Positions 39,031 to 52,332 of a DNA stretch of 64,000 bases are shown in pieces. The stretch comes from Nemertoderma westbladi (taxonomy: Eukaryota > Animalia > Xenacoelomorpha), in the NCBI GenBank assembly GCA_032718475.1, contig JAUCBJ010001861.1, positions 62,001 through 126,000 of the forward strand. The letters run 5' to 3'. The position numbers and the translations under genes are program-made. Position 1 is the first letter of the stretch, and each line of letters opens with the position of its first letter. The notes under the pieces are model-generated. The model saw only the letters and a list, made by a program, of their open reading frames with translations. It did no database searches and was not told the origin of the DNA.

Positions 39031-42000
39031 TATCTGCTACCCGAGGGTAGGGGTGGGTGCTACTCACATCTGCTACCCGAGGGTAGGGCTAGGCGTTACT
39101 CCTATCTGCTACGCAAGGGTAGGGCTAGGCGTTACTCCTATCTGCTACCCGAAGGGTAGGGGTGGGCGTCACTCCTATCTGCTACCTGAGGGTAGGGCTA
39201 GGCGTTACTCCTATCTGCTACCCGAGGGTAGGGGTGGGCGCTACTCCTATCTGCTACCCGATGGTAGGGGTGGGCGCTACTCCTATCTGCTACCAGAGGT
39301 TAGGGCTAGGCGTTACTCCTATCTGCTACCCGAGGGTAGGGCTAGGCGTTACTCCTATCTGCTACCCGAGGGTAGGGGTGGGCGTTACTCCTATCTGCTA
39401 CGCGAGGGTAGGGCTAGGCGTTACTCCTATCTGCTACCCGAGGGTAGGGCTAGGCGTTACTCCTATCTGCTACCCGAGGGTAGGGCTAGGCGTTACTCCT
39501 ATCTGCTACCCGAGGGTAGGGCTAGGCGTTACTCCTATCTGCTACCCGAGGGTATGGCTAGGCGTTACTCCTATCTGCTACCCGAGGGTAGGGGTGGGCG
39601 CTACTCCTATCTGCTACCCGAGGGTAGGGCTAGGCGTTACTCCTATCTGCTACCCGAGGGTAGGGGTGGGCGCTACTCCTATCTGCTACCCGAGGGTAGG
39701 GGTGGGCGCTACTCCTATCTGCTACCAGAGGGTAGGGGTGGGTGCTACTCCTATCTGCTACACGAGGGTAGGGCTAGGCGTTACTCCTATCTGCTACCCG
39801 TCGGGTAGGGGTGGGCGCTACTCCTATCTGCTACCAGAGGGTAGGGGTGGGTGCTACTCCTATCTGCTACACGACGGTAGGGCTAGGCGTTACTCCTATC
39901 TGCTACCCGTCGGGTAGGGGTGGGCGCTACTCCTATCTGCTACACGAGGGTAGGGCAAGGCGTTACTCCTATCTGCTACCCGTCGGGTAGGGGTGGGAGC
40001 TACTCCTATCTGCTACCAGAGGGTAGGGGTGGGTGCTACTCCTATCTGCTACACGAGGGTAGGGCTAGGCGTTACTCCTATCTGCTACCCGTCGGGTAGG
40101 GGTGGGCGCTACTCCTATCTGCTACCCGAGGGTAGGGGTGGGCGCTACTCTTATCTGCTACGCGAGGGTAGGGGTGGGTGCTACTCCTATCTGCTACCAG
40201 AGGGTAGGGCTAGGCGTTACTCCTATCTGCTACCCGAGGGTAGGGCTAGGCGTTACTCCTATCTGCTACGCAAGGGTAGGGCTAGGCGTTACTCCTATCT
40301 GCTACGCAAGGGTAGGGCTAGGCGTTACTCCTATCTGCTACCCGAAGGGTAGGGGTGGGCGTCACTCCTATCTGCTACCTGAGGGTAGGGCTAGGCGTTA
40401 CTCCTATCTGCTACCCGAGGGTAGGGGTGGGCGCTACTCCTATCTGCTACCCGAGGGTAGGGGTGGGCGCTACTCCTATCTGCTACCAGAGGGTAGGGCT
40501 AGGCGTTACTCCTATCTGCTACCCGAGGGTAGGGCTAGGCGTTACTCCTATCTGCTACGCAAGGGTAGGGCTAGGCGTTACTCCTATCTGCTACGCAAGG
40601 GTAGGGCTAGGCGTTACTCCTATCTGCTACCCGAAGGGTAGGGGTGGGCGTCACTCCTATCTGCTACCTGAGGGTAGGGCTAGGCGTTACTCCTATCTGC
40701 TACCCGAGGGTAGGGGTGGGCGCTACTCCTATCTGCTACCCGAGGGTAGGGGTGGGCGCTACTCCTATCTGCTACCCGAGGGTAGGGCTAGGCGTTACTC
40801 CTATCTGCTACCCGAGGGTAGGGCTAGGCGTTACTCCTATCTGCTACGCAAGGGTAGGGCTAGGCGTTACTCCTATCTGCTACGCGAGGGTAGGGCTAGG
40901 CGTTACTCCTATCTGCTACCCGAGGGTAGGGGTGGGCGTTACTCCTATCTGCTACGCGAGGGTAGGGTTAGGCGTTACTCCTATCTGCTACCCGAGGGTA
41001 GGGCTAGGCGTTACTCCTATCTGCTACCCGAGGGTAGGGCTAGGCGTTACTCCTATCTGCTACCCGAGGGTAGGGCTAGGCGTTACTCCTATCTGCTACC
41101 CGAGGGTAGGGCTAGGCGTTACTCCTATCTGCTACCCGAGGGTAGGGGTGGGCGCTACTCCTATCTGCTACCCGAGGGTAGGGCTAGGCGTTACTCCTAT
41201 CTGCTACCCGAGGGTAGGGGTGGGCGCTACTCCTATCTGCTACCCGAGGGTAGGGGTGGGCGCTACTCCTATCTGCTACCAGAGGGTAGGGGTGGGTGCT
41301 ACTCCTATCTGCTACACGAGGGTAGGGCTAGGCGTTACTCCTATCTGCTACCCGTCGGGTAGGGGTGGGCGCTACTCCTATCTGCTACCAGAGGGTAGGG
41401 GTGGGTGCTACTCCTATCTGCTACACGACGGTAGGGCTAGGCGTTACTCCTATCTGCTACCCGTCGGGTAGGGGTGGGCGCTACTCCTATCTGCTACACG
41501 AGGGTAGGGCTAGGCGTTACTCCTATCTGCTACCCGTCGGGTAGGGGTGGGAGCTACTCCTATCTGCTACCAGAGGGTAGGGGTGGGTGCTACTCCTATC
41601 TGCTACACGAGGGTAGGGCTAGGCGTTACTCCTATCTGCTACCCGTCGGGTAGGGGTGGGCGCTACTCTTATCTGCTACCCGAGGGTAGGGGTGGGTGCT
41701 ACTCCTATCTGCTACCCGAGGGTAGGGCTAGGCGTTACTCCTATCTGCTACCCGAGGGTAGGGCTAGGCGTTAATCCTATCTGCTACCCGAGGGTAGGGC
41801 TAGGCGCTACTCCTATCTGCTACCCGAGGGTAGGGCTAGGCGTCACTCCTATCTGCTACCCGAGTGTAGGGCTAGGCGTTACTCCTATCTGCTACCCGAG
41901 GGTAGGGCTAGGCGATACTCCTATCTGCTACCCGAGGGTAGGGCTAGGCGCTACTCCTATCTGCTACCCGAGGGTAGGGCTAGGTGATACTCCTATCTGC

Positions 42001-45000
42001 TACCTGAGGGTAGGGCTAGGCGTTACTCCTATCTGCTACCCGAGGGTAGGGCTAGGCGTTACTCCTATCTGCTACCCAAGGGTAGGGCTAGGCGTTACTC
42101 CTATCTGCTACCCGAGGGTAGGGCTAGGCGTTACTCCTATCTGCTACCCGAGGGTAGGGCTAGGCGTTACTCCTATCTGCTACGCAAGGGTAAGGCTAGG
42201 CGTTACTCCTATCTGCTACGCGAGGGTAGGGCTAGGCGTTACTCCTATCTGCTACCCGAGGGTAGGGGTGGGCGTTACTCCTATCTGCTACGCGAGGGTA
42301 GGGCTAGGCGTTACTCCTATCTGCTACCCGAGGGTAGGGCTAGGCGTTACTCCTATCTGCTACCCGAGGGTAGGGCTAGGCGTTACTCCTATCTGCTACC
42401 CGAGGGTAGGGCTAGGCGTTACTCCTATCTGCTACCCGAGGGTAGGGCTAGGCGTTACTCCTATCTGCTACCCGAGGGTAGGGCTAGGCGTTACTCCTAT
42501 CTGCTACCCGAGGGTAGGGGTGGGCGCTACTCCTATCTGCTACCCGAGGGTAGGGGTGGGCGCTACTCCTATCTGCTACCAGAGGGTAGGGGTGGGTGCT
42601 ACTCCTATCTGCTACACGAGGGTAGGGCTAGGCGTTACTCCTATCTGCTACCCGTCGGGTAGGGGTGGGCGCTACTCCTATCTGCTACCAGAGGGTAGGG
42701 GTGGGTGCTACTCCTATCTGCTACACGACGGTAGGGCTAGGCGCTACTCCTATCTGCTACCCGTCGGGTAGGGGTGGGCGCTACTCCTATCTGCTACACG
42801 AGGGTAGGGCTAGGCGTTACTCCTATCTGCTACCCGTCGGGTAGGGGTGGGAGCTACTCCAATCTGCTACCAGAGGGTAGGGGTGGGTGCTACTCCTATC
42901 TGCTACACGAGGGTAGGGCGAGGCGTTACTCCTATCTGCTACCCGTCGGGTAGGGGTGGGCGCTACTCCTATCTGCTACCCGAGGGTAGGGGTGGGCGCT
43001 ACTCTTATCTGCTACCCGAGGGTAGGGGTGGGTGCTACTCCTATCTGCTACCCGAGGGTAGGGCTAGGCGATACTCCTATCTGCTACCCGAGGGTAGGGC
43101 TAGGCGTTAATCCTATCTGCTACCCGAGGGTAGGGCTAGGCGCTACTCCTATCTGCTACCCGAGGGTAGGGCTAGGCGTCACTCCTATCTGCTACCCGAG
43201 TGTAGGGCTAGGCGTTACTCCTATCTGCTACCCGAGGGTAGGGCTAGGCGATACTCCTATCTGCTACCCGAGGGTAGGGCTAGGCGCTACTCCTATCTGC
43301 TACCCGAGGGTAGGGCTAGGCGATACTCCTATCTGCTACCTGAGGGTAGGGCTAGGCGTTACTCCTATCTGCTACCCGAGGGTAGGGCTAGGCGTTACTC
43401 CTATCTGCTACCCAAGGGTAGGGCTAGGCGTTACTCCTATCTGCTACCCGAGGGTAGGGCTAGGCGTTACTCCTATCTGCTACCCGAGGGTAGGGCTAGG
43501 CGTTACTCCTATCTGCTACGCAAGGGTAGGGCTAGGCGTTACTCCTATCTGCTACGCGAGGGTAGGGCTAGGCATTACTCTTTATCTGCTACCCGTGGGT
43601 AGGGCTAGGCGATACTCCTATCTGCTACCCGAGGGTAGGGCTAGGCAATACTCCTATCTGCTACCCGAGGGTAGGGCTAGGCGTTACTCCTATCTGCTAC
43701 CCGAGGGTAGGGCTAGGCGTTACTCATATCTGCACCCGAGGGTAGGGGTGGGCGCTACTCCTATCTGCTACCCGAAGGTAGGGGTGGGCGCTACTCCTAT
43801 CTGCTACCAGAGGCTAGGGCTAGGCGCTACTCCTATCTGCTACCCGTGGGTAGGGCTAGGCGTTATTCCTATCTGCTACCCGAGGGTAGGGGTGGGCGCT
43901 ACTCCTATCTGCTACCCGAAGGTAGGGGTGGGCGCTACTCCTATCTGCTACCCGAGGCTAGGGCTAGGCGCTACTCCTATCTGCTACCCGTGGGTAGGGC
44001 TAGGCGTTATTCCTATCTGCTACCCGAGGGTAGGGGTGGGCGCTACTCCTATCTGCTACCCGAGGGTAGGGCTAGGCGTTACTCCTATCTGCTACGCGAG
44101 GGTAGGGCTAGGCGTTACTCCTATCTGCTACCCGAGGGTAAGGCTAGGCGTTACTCCTATCTGCTACGCGAGGGTAGGGCTAGGCGTTACTCCTATCTGC
44201 TACCCGAGGGTAGGGCTAGGCGTTATTCCTATCTGCTACCCGAGGGTAGGGGTGGGCGCTACTCCTATCTGCTACCCGAGGGTAGGGCTAGGCGTTACTC
44301 CTATCTGCTACGCGAGGGTAGGGCTAGGCGTTACTCCTATCTGCTACCCGAGGGTAGGGCTAGGCGTTATTCCTATCTGCTACCCGAGGGTAGGGGTGGG
44401 CGTTACTCCTATCTGCTACCCGAGGGTAGGGCTAGGCGTTACTCCTATCTGCTACCCGAGGGTAGGGCTAGGCGTTACTCCTATCTGCTACGCAAGGGTA
44501 GGGCTAGGCGTTACTCCTATCTGCTACGCGAGGGTAGGGCTAGGCGTTACTCTTTATCTGCTACCCGTGGGTAGGGCTAGGCGATACTCCTATCTGCTAC
44601 CCGAGGGTAGGGCTAGGCGATACTCCTATCTGCTACCCGAGGGTAGGGCTAGGCGTTACTCCTATCTGCTACCCGAGGGTAGGGCTAGGCGTTACTCATA
44701 TCTGCACCCGAGGTGGGCGCTACTCCTATCTGCTACCCGAAGGTAGGGGTGGGCGCTACTCCTATCTGCTACCCGAGGCTAGGGCTAGGCGCTACTCCTA
44801 TCTGCTACCCGTGGGTAGGGCTAGGCGTTATTCCTATCTGCTACCCGAGGGTAGGGGTGGGCGCTACTCCTATCTGCTACCCGAGGGTAAGGCTAGGCGT
44901 TACTCCTATCTGCTACGCGAGGGTAGGGCTAGGCGTTACTCCTATCTGCTACCCGAGGGTAGGGGTGGGCGCTACTCCTATCTGCTACCCGAGGGTAGGG

Positions 45001-45900
45001 CTAGGCGTTATTCCTATCTGCTACCCGAGGGTAGGGGTGGGCGCTACTCCTATCTGCTACCCGAGGGTAGGGCTAGGCGTTACTCCTATCTGCTACGCGA
45101 GGGTAGGGCTAGGCGTTACTCCTATCTGCTACCCGAGGGTAAGGCTAGGCGTTACTCCTATCTGCTACGCGAGGGTAGCCGAAGGTAGGGGTGGGTGCTA
45201 CTCCTATCTGCTACCCGAGGGTAAGGCTAGGCGTTACTCCTATCTGCTACCCGAGGGTAAGGCTAGGCGTTACTCCTATCTGCTACCCGAGGGTAGGGCT
45301 AGGCGTTATTCCTATCTGCTACCCGAGGGTAGGGGTGGGCGCTACTCCTATCTGCTACCCGAGGGTAGGGCTAGGCGTTACTCCTATCTGCTACGCGAGG
45401 GTAGGGCTAGGCGTTACTCCTATCTGCTACCCGAGGGTAGGGCTAGGCGTTATTCCTATCTGCTACCCGAGGGTAGGGGTGGGCGTTACTCCTATCTGCT
45501 ACCCGAGGGTAGGGCTAGGCGTTACTCCTATCTGCTACGCGAGGGTAGGGCTAGGCGTTACTCCTGCTACCCGAGGGTAGGGCTAGGCGTTACTCCTATC
45601 TGCTACCCGTGGGTAGGGCTAGGCGTTACTCCTATCTGCTACCCGAGGGTAGGGGTGGGTGCTACTCCTATCTGCTACCCGAGGGTAGGGCTAGGCGTTA
45701 CTCCTATCTGCTACCCGTGGTTAGGGCTAGGCGTTACTCCTATCTGCTACCCGAAGGTAGGGGTGGGTGCTACTCCTATCTGCTACCCGAGGGTAAGGCT
45801 AGGCGTTACTCCTATCTGCTACCCGAGGGTAGGGCTAGGCGTTACTCCTATCTCCTACCCGAGGGTGGGGGTGGACACTACTCCTATCTGCTACTCCTAT
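39031..45900. repeat. GC-rich satellite, 36-bp unit (TACTCCTATCTGCTACCCGAGGGTAGGGCTAGGCGT / ...GGGGTGGGCGC)
   Basis: About 190 tandem units. Higher-order blocks are marked by a rare GGAGCTAC variant at about 39996, 41550 and 42850. Confidence 0.98.
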
Positions 45901-46841
45901 ATTGGTAGCGCCACATCTGATGTACGGGGTTAGTCCAAATTTGCATCTGTAATTTTCAGGTGAAAATGATAATATAAAAAATAATTAAAAAGAAAGACAA
46001 ATATCCGTTGCTCTTCAATTCGCAAAAGAAAATATAACTATTGCTCAAGGTTGTAGTTACCTTTTTAGATACAACCAGTACTTTTTCATTTAAAAGAACG
46101 AAAGTGGAATTTATTGTTGACTCACTTTACGGGAGTATATAAATTAAAAACAGCCAATATATTAATATAAATAAAGAACACGGTTTTATAAATTCAAAAT
46201 GAATTGACATAATTTTATTATCACACTTTTGTAAAACAACTTCATTCAGACGGTTTTGTCGCAATTACAACTTTAAAACGCACGTATTTTTAACTTTATA
46301 GCACAATGACGCAGAATTGGAACTATCGAGAATAATGAATTGGTGTAAACTCAACCATACAGTTTATAGGATTCATCTTCAACGAAATACGTCGGATACG
46401 GGGTAAGGACTAACTCCTACATACTCGAGACTAGGTAATGAAGGAGTATCTAGGGGTACAGCAAATCCTATTTGGAGATGAGGAAAGGCAATTAAAATTA
46501 ATTTACGTATTATATAAATAAATCCATGACAAAATATATGTATATTTCTCATTAGAATTGACCTCGTTCATTTCATGTTATGGCTTTATATAAAGGACTC
46601 TATAGTATGATGTAAATAGATATAACCAACGTAGAAACGATACCAATACAAAAACACTATCAGTAACAGTAAGTAACAAGAACTATAAGAAACCAATAAA
46701 AAAACCTCCCACCACTCACATAATTCAATATAAAAAACTAGATCAAGTAAATTATTCATTAATTTAATTAATTAATCGGAATTTCCGAACTAAGTAACAA
46801 ATCTAGAAATAAGTATCGGATCTTAACTAATTAATTTCAAA

Positions 46842-48867
46842 CTCCCCCAGTCTGGGTCGCGACTGGTCAGTACGCCACCAACTCCCCCAGTACATCAACG
46901 TCTGGGTCGCGACTGGTCAGTACGCCACCAACTCCCCCAGTACATCAACGTCTGGGTCGCGACTGGTCAGTACGCCACCAACTCCCCCAGTACATCAACG
47001 TCTGGGTCGCGACTGGTCAGTACGCCACCAACTCCCCCAGTACATCAACGTCTGGGTCGCGACTGGTCAGTACGACACCAACTCCCCCAGTACATCAACG
47101 TCTGGGTCGTGACTGGTCAGTACGCCACCAACTCCCCCAGTACATCAACGTCTGGGTCGCGACTGGTCAGTACGCCACCAACTCCCCCAGTACATCAACG
47201 TCTGGGTCGCGACTGGTCAGTATGCCACCAACTCCCCCAGTACATCAACGTCTGGGTCGCGACTGGTCAGTACGCCACCAACTCCCCCAGTACATCAACG
47301 TCTGGGTCGCGACTGGTCAGTACGCCACCAACTCCCCCAGTACATCAACGTCTGGGTCGCAACTGGTCAGTACGCCACCAACTCCCCCAGTACATCAACG
47401 TCTAGGTCGCAACTGGTCAGTACGCCACCAACTCCCCCAGTACATCAACGTCTGGGTCGCGACTGGTCAGTACGCCACCAACTCCCCCAGTACATCAACG
47501 TCTGGGTCGCAACTGGTCAGTACGCCACCAACTCCCCCAGTACATCAACGTCTGGGTCGCGACTGGTCAGTACGCCACCAACTCCCCCAGTACATCAACG
47601 TCTGGGTCGCGACTGGTCAGTACGCCACCAACTCCCCCAGTACATCAACGTCTGGGTCGCGACTGGTCAGTACGCCACCAACTCCCCCAGTACATCAACG
47701 TCTGGGTCGCGACTGGTCTGTACGCCACCAACTCCCCCAGTACATCAACATCTGGGTCGCGACTGGTCAGTATGCCACCAACTTCCCAGTACATCAACGT
47801 CTGGGTGGCGACTGGTCAGTACGCCACCAACTCCCCCAGTACATCAACGTCTGGGTGGCGACTGGTCAGTACGCCACCAACTCCCCCAGTACATCAACGT
47901 CTGGGTGGCAACTGGTCAGTACGCCACCAACTCCCCCAGTACATCAACGTCTGGGTCGAGACTGGTCAGTACGCCACCAACTCCCCCAGTACATCAACGT
48001 CTGGGTCGCGACTGGTCAGTACGCCACCAACTCCCCCAGTACATCAACGTCTGGGTCGCGACTGGTCTGTACGCCACCAACTCCCCCAGTACATCAACGT
48101 CTGGGTGGCAACTGGTCAGTACGCCACCAACTCCCCAGTACATCAACGTCTGGGTCGCAACTGGTCAGTACGCCACCAACTCCCCAGTACATCAACGTCT
48201 GGGTCGCGACTGGTCAGTACGCCACCAACTCCCCAGTACATCAACGTCTGGGTCGCGACTGGTCAGTACGCCACCAACTCCCCAGTACATCAACGTCTGG
48301 GTCGCGACTGGTCAGTACGCCACCAACTCCCCCAGTACATCAACGTCTGGGTGGCGACTGGACAGTACGCCACCAACTCCCCAGTACATCAACGTCTGGA
48401 TGGCGACTGGTCAGTACGCCACCAACTCCCCCAGTACATCAACGTCTGGGTCGCGACTGGTCAGTACGCCACCAACTCCCCCAGTACATCAACGTCTGGG
48501 TCGCGACTGGTCAGTACGCCACCAACTCCCCCAGTACATCAACGTCTGGGTGGCGACTGGTCAGTACGCCACCAACTCCCCAGTACATCAACGTCTGGGT
48601 CGCAACTGGTCAGTATGCCACCAACTCCCCAGTACATCAACGTCTGGGTGGCGACTGGACAGTACGCCACCAACTCCCCAGTACATCAACGTCTGGGTGG
48701 CGACTGGTCAGTACGCCACCAACTCCCCCAGTACATCAACGTCTGGGTGGCGACTGGACAGTACGCCACCAACTCCCCAGTACATCAACGTCTGGGTGGC
48801 GACTGGTCAGTACGCCACCAACTCCCCCAGTACATCAACGTCTGGGTGGCGACTGGTCAGTACGCCA
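46842..48867. repeat. Minisatellite, 50-bp unit (TACATCAACGTCTGGGTCGCGACTGGTCAGTACGCCACCAACTCCCCCAG)
   Basis: About 40 tandem copies. 49-bp (C4) and GGTGGC variants are concentrated in the right half. Confidence 0.98.
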
Positions 48868-50232
48868 TCTAAAAGGTGCGGATGGATGCATCAATGTTTA
48901 ATTGGGGGCCATTAATATTAATAATTTATTACGTTCATATACGATTATATACTTAATACATAGTATTTAATGTTGTGATATATAATATATATACAATGTA
49001 AAGCTTTAAACCATATAATAATTAAATTACGGTTATACTTTTAGGCAAGTTAAGTAAAACAAGATATTATCAGTGCAACAGGTTGGTATCCATGTAAACC
49101 TAATTATTCGGCAACTACAGACCAACATGTTGCATGCATTCAGCTAAAAAATATATTTCGCACCAAAACTCTGTACTTCTCATTGAACACTTTACTTGAC
49201 CTCTTCAGAATGTCTTTTGATTCTCTTGATGCGAAACCCATTAACATGCAGTTGGCCTCCAGCTTCTTTTACTGTAGCTCGTATTTCAAACAGACCGTAT
49301 TTAAAAAAAAAACAATGATAGTATGGTATCCGTGATGTTGTAACACTTCACAGACTACAATCACTCGCACATATCGCTGAATATTAATATTATTAGTCAG
49401 TATATTTTAATCACTTTATAGCAAAATGTAATATAATATAAAGTAATCTATCAGGCTATTTAATAACACCCGTTAAAACAACGTTTAATATTAATAAAGT
49501 TATCGACGGCAATATTTTATTTGAGGAAACAGATTTATTGAATTCAGATTCAAAAATAAACAGTTAACGACAATAATAGTAGCGTTGTGGAACTTTGGCG
49601 GAGGTTCTAATTCCAGAGTAGTTGACTCTGGTTTATATTATCTATATTTTTAATAACAATATATTTTATATTATCTGGTTTATATATATAGTTTATATAA
49701 TCGCCTATAGACTGATAGATATAACCTAACGTCCGTAAAACTACAAAGATTCCACAAACACACGCAGCATACATTAATAGAGTATCGTAGAAAAACACCA
49801 TCATAGTGGAGAACCAATACCGCAGTCCGCAGGCAGTTAAATATACCGTAGCAACTAAAAGCGGTTGGAAAGAGAAACAATCCTAATAAAAACCGGAGTA
49901 TAAACAATTTATAGCTGCCGCTTACCGGTTTATAGTTAGAAATTAAGTTAAACTCTATAATAATACTAATATTTATCCTTTTTTTTTAATAATTCATTTT
50001 TTTAATTTATATATTTGAATTAATTATCGAACCGATAAAACAATTGCTTAACTCCGACTTATTCGACTCGGCGAATAAACTCTAGATTTATTTTACTTGT
50101 ACTTTTATTATTATTTTACTTTTACTTGTAAAGCAATAATAATTATATAAGGCATATTATATTATATAATTAGTCTAAATAAACAATAAAGAAATGGCAT
50201 TTAATTTAAGATTAAACTATAAGGAAGATGAT

Positions 50233-50874
50233 TTAATCGACGTGGACTTTCTTCGAAGAGTTATGGAACAAGGAGTTCTCGACGAGAACTAATTGTCTAC
50301 CGATAGTTCCCATAGTGATACTCCCTGAGAAGAATATAGAAGGCAGCCAGGACTTTAGGTAAGTAAAGTCTGTCTCCGGGTAGCCGTAGAGTCCATTGCT
50401 GATGAGCGCGTGGATAACCAGCGCAGCGACGAGAGCGCAGCTCAGAGCGACAACGAGTCCGGACTTAGTGCTGTCGAACAGCCACCAGATGAGTAGCGAC
50501 AAAAGCCCCAGCACCACTGCCATGTGCAGGTTGTTCGCGTAGTCCAGTTTTGTGCAGCACAGTTTCATTCCCACGAAGAATGCGACGCATTTAAGGACTT
50601 TGGCGCCCTCCTGGGGGTGGCAATAGTCGCCGAGTTTAGTGTCCACGCAGGGGTAGAGGAGTCCGACCAGGGTAGCAGCCATGCCGACTATAGGGAAGAT
50701 CCACCAGCAGTGGCGGAGGATCGCTAGCGCGTCGCGAGGGAAGATGGCGGAATTCCGTTCGAGGAGGATGCAGTTCAGTGTGGCGGCGAATGAGACGCCG
50801 ATACCGAAGAGGACAACGACTTTTAGCGCTCGGAATAAATGGACTAGCAGGACTCCGTATCCCTGTGTTGACAT
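50233..50874 (-). CDS. INSIG: Insulin-induced gene protein (INSIG), single-exon CDS (213 aa)
   Basis: Segments VVLFGIGV..A..LN, CWW....G.AA.LVGLLYPC.D.KLG, V.KCVA.FVG, KLD.ANN, LIWW.FDS.KSG and DF.Y.KSWLP.IFFSG.ITMG.IGRQL match the INSIG family. Confidence 0.92.
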   Translation of the reverse strand: MSTQGYGVLLVHLFRALKVVVLFGIGVSFAATLNCILLERNSAIFPRDALAILRHCWWIFPIVGMAATLVGLLYPCVDTKLGDYCHPQEGAKVLKCVAFFVGMKLCCTKLDYANNLHMAVVLGLLSLLIWWLFDSTKSGLVVALSCALVAALVIHALISNGLYGYPETDFTYLKSWLPSIFFSGSITMGTIGRQLVLVENSLFHNSSKKVHVD

Positions 50875-51372
50875 CTCGGTAGCGATTTGATTTATTATTC
50901 AATTTGGATGAAATTAGGTACCGGTACGGTACCGGTATGTCTTGTCTACCGGACTGCCGGACTCCGACTGTCCGACCAGCAGTGCCAAACGCAAACTCTG
51001 CAGATACAGAACGCGGTCTGGTTGGAGTGGAGTGTCTCAGTTCACAGTTCACCTGCCGCCTGCGCGCTTCTCAGACTGTCGGTCTTTCAGTTAACGCTGT
51101 AACGGGTACCACGCAGTTAATAATTGATGAACGAATTCGGAATTATGTCTGTCTGTCACTCCTTCAGTTTACTGGTTTAGGCAGTTAGGCCTATCAGCCT
51201 ATGGTATGGTATTACTTACAGTACCGGTATTAGATCTTAATGCTTTGTGAATTAAATTAAATTAAAAATTAAATTAAATTGAATGCGTACAGGACCGGTA
51301 TTAGCCTATTCCAGTATTCAATGGAAACAGACAAGTAAGGGTACTACGTAAGTAGCCTATACTGCTATATCA

Positions 51373-52332
51373 GTAGTAGTACAGTAGTATCGGCATGCTG
51401 CATTGCAGCTGCATTTTTAAGAATGCTGTGCCGGCTTTTTGACAAAATTGCGCCGCCACAACTCCCTATCACCCATGACATTTGCTAGATCATCCGCATC
51501 TTCAAGGCCAGTGTCCTTTAAGATGCGTCTCAAGAAAGTCATGGGCTGTGGCTGTCCACCATGCTTATTCGCTCCATGAGGCTGCCAAGTACAAGATTAT
51601 GCACTGGCTGGTCCTCACGGCGAAAGTAATGTCTGAATGTCCTGCAAAGCGGAGGCGATTTTGTTCTAGTGTCAAGCTTTGGGGGAACCAATGAGACACC
51701 TCCAATGTTATATAGTGTCTGGTTGGAGATGTGTGCATTGTACTTCACACAATGAACCCGGCGTAGCATTCTTGTGAATGTGGCATCCAGAGATTTGGTG
51801 TCCTCAGCCTGTCAGCAGTTAGAGCCCAGCATGGACTCCCATAGAGGAGTACTGGAACTACTGCTGCTCTAAATAATCGGACCTTAAGTTTCCGATTAAT
51901 TCTCGGTGACTTCCAAATCCTGGAAAGCCTATTCAAGGCTGCCCATGCCTTTCCTTTACGTATTCGAAGGTCCTCACCTGACTTCCGGATCCATGATCCC
52001 AGGTAACAGAAGTCGTCCACATGCAGACATGCTCAAGCATACCATCCTTTGAGCTTATGCTTATCCGATCAGAGACTTGCTGAGAACTTTCAAAGTATTA
52101 TCATCACCCCATCCTCATTATGATGATCTAAGGACATGCGTAGAACATAGTCAACCACAATTATGAACAAGAATGGTGCAAGTGTGTCTCCCTGGAGGAA
52201 GCCCCATAACACTTCAAATGGTTCTGTGTCACCATCAACAGTAGACACAAATGTTATCGAACCATCATATACTGATCTGATTGCTGCAATAATTTCATAA
52301 GGAATCCCATATAATGAAATTATGCTGAACAT
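51373..52332 (-). mobile_element. Decayed RTE-clade LINE fragment (RT domain to 3' end)
   Basis: Minus-strand peptides YGIP..II.AIR..Y...G.LQGDTLAPFLFIIVVDYVLR and DDFCYLGSW...RIRKGKAWAA...IWKS...LKVRLFRA.V.PVLLYGS..W, with frameshifts and deletions. Confidence 0.9.

Noticed and set aside
46842-48867. CRISPR-like appearance of the regular arrays (also 1-7365 and 39031-45900)
   Set aside because: Units are head-to-tail with no unique spacers, there are no cas genes, and the context is eukaryotic.
39005-48915. Long repetitive ORFs (up to 596 aa) in the 36-bp and 50-bp arrays
   Set aside because: They are by-products of stop-free repeat units. Frames switch at indels, and there is no unique coding flank.
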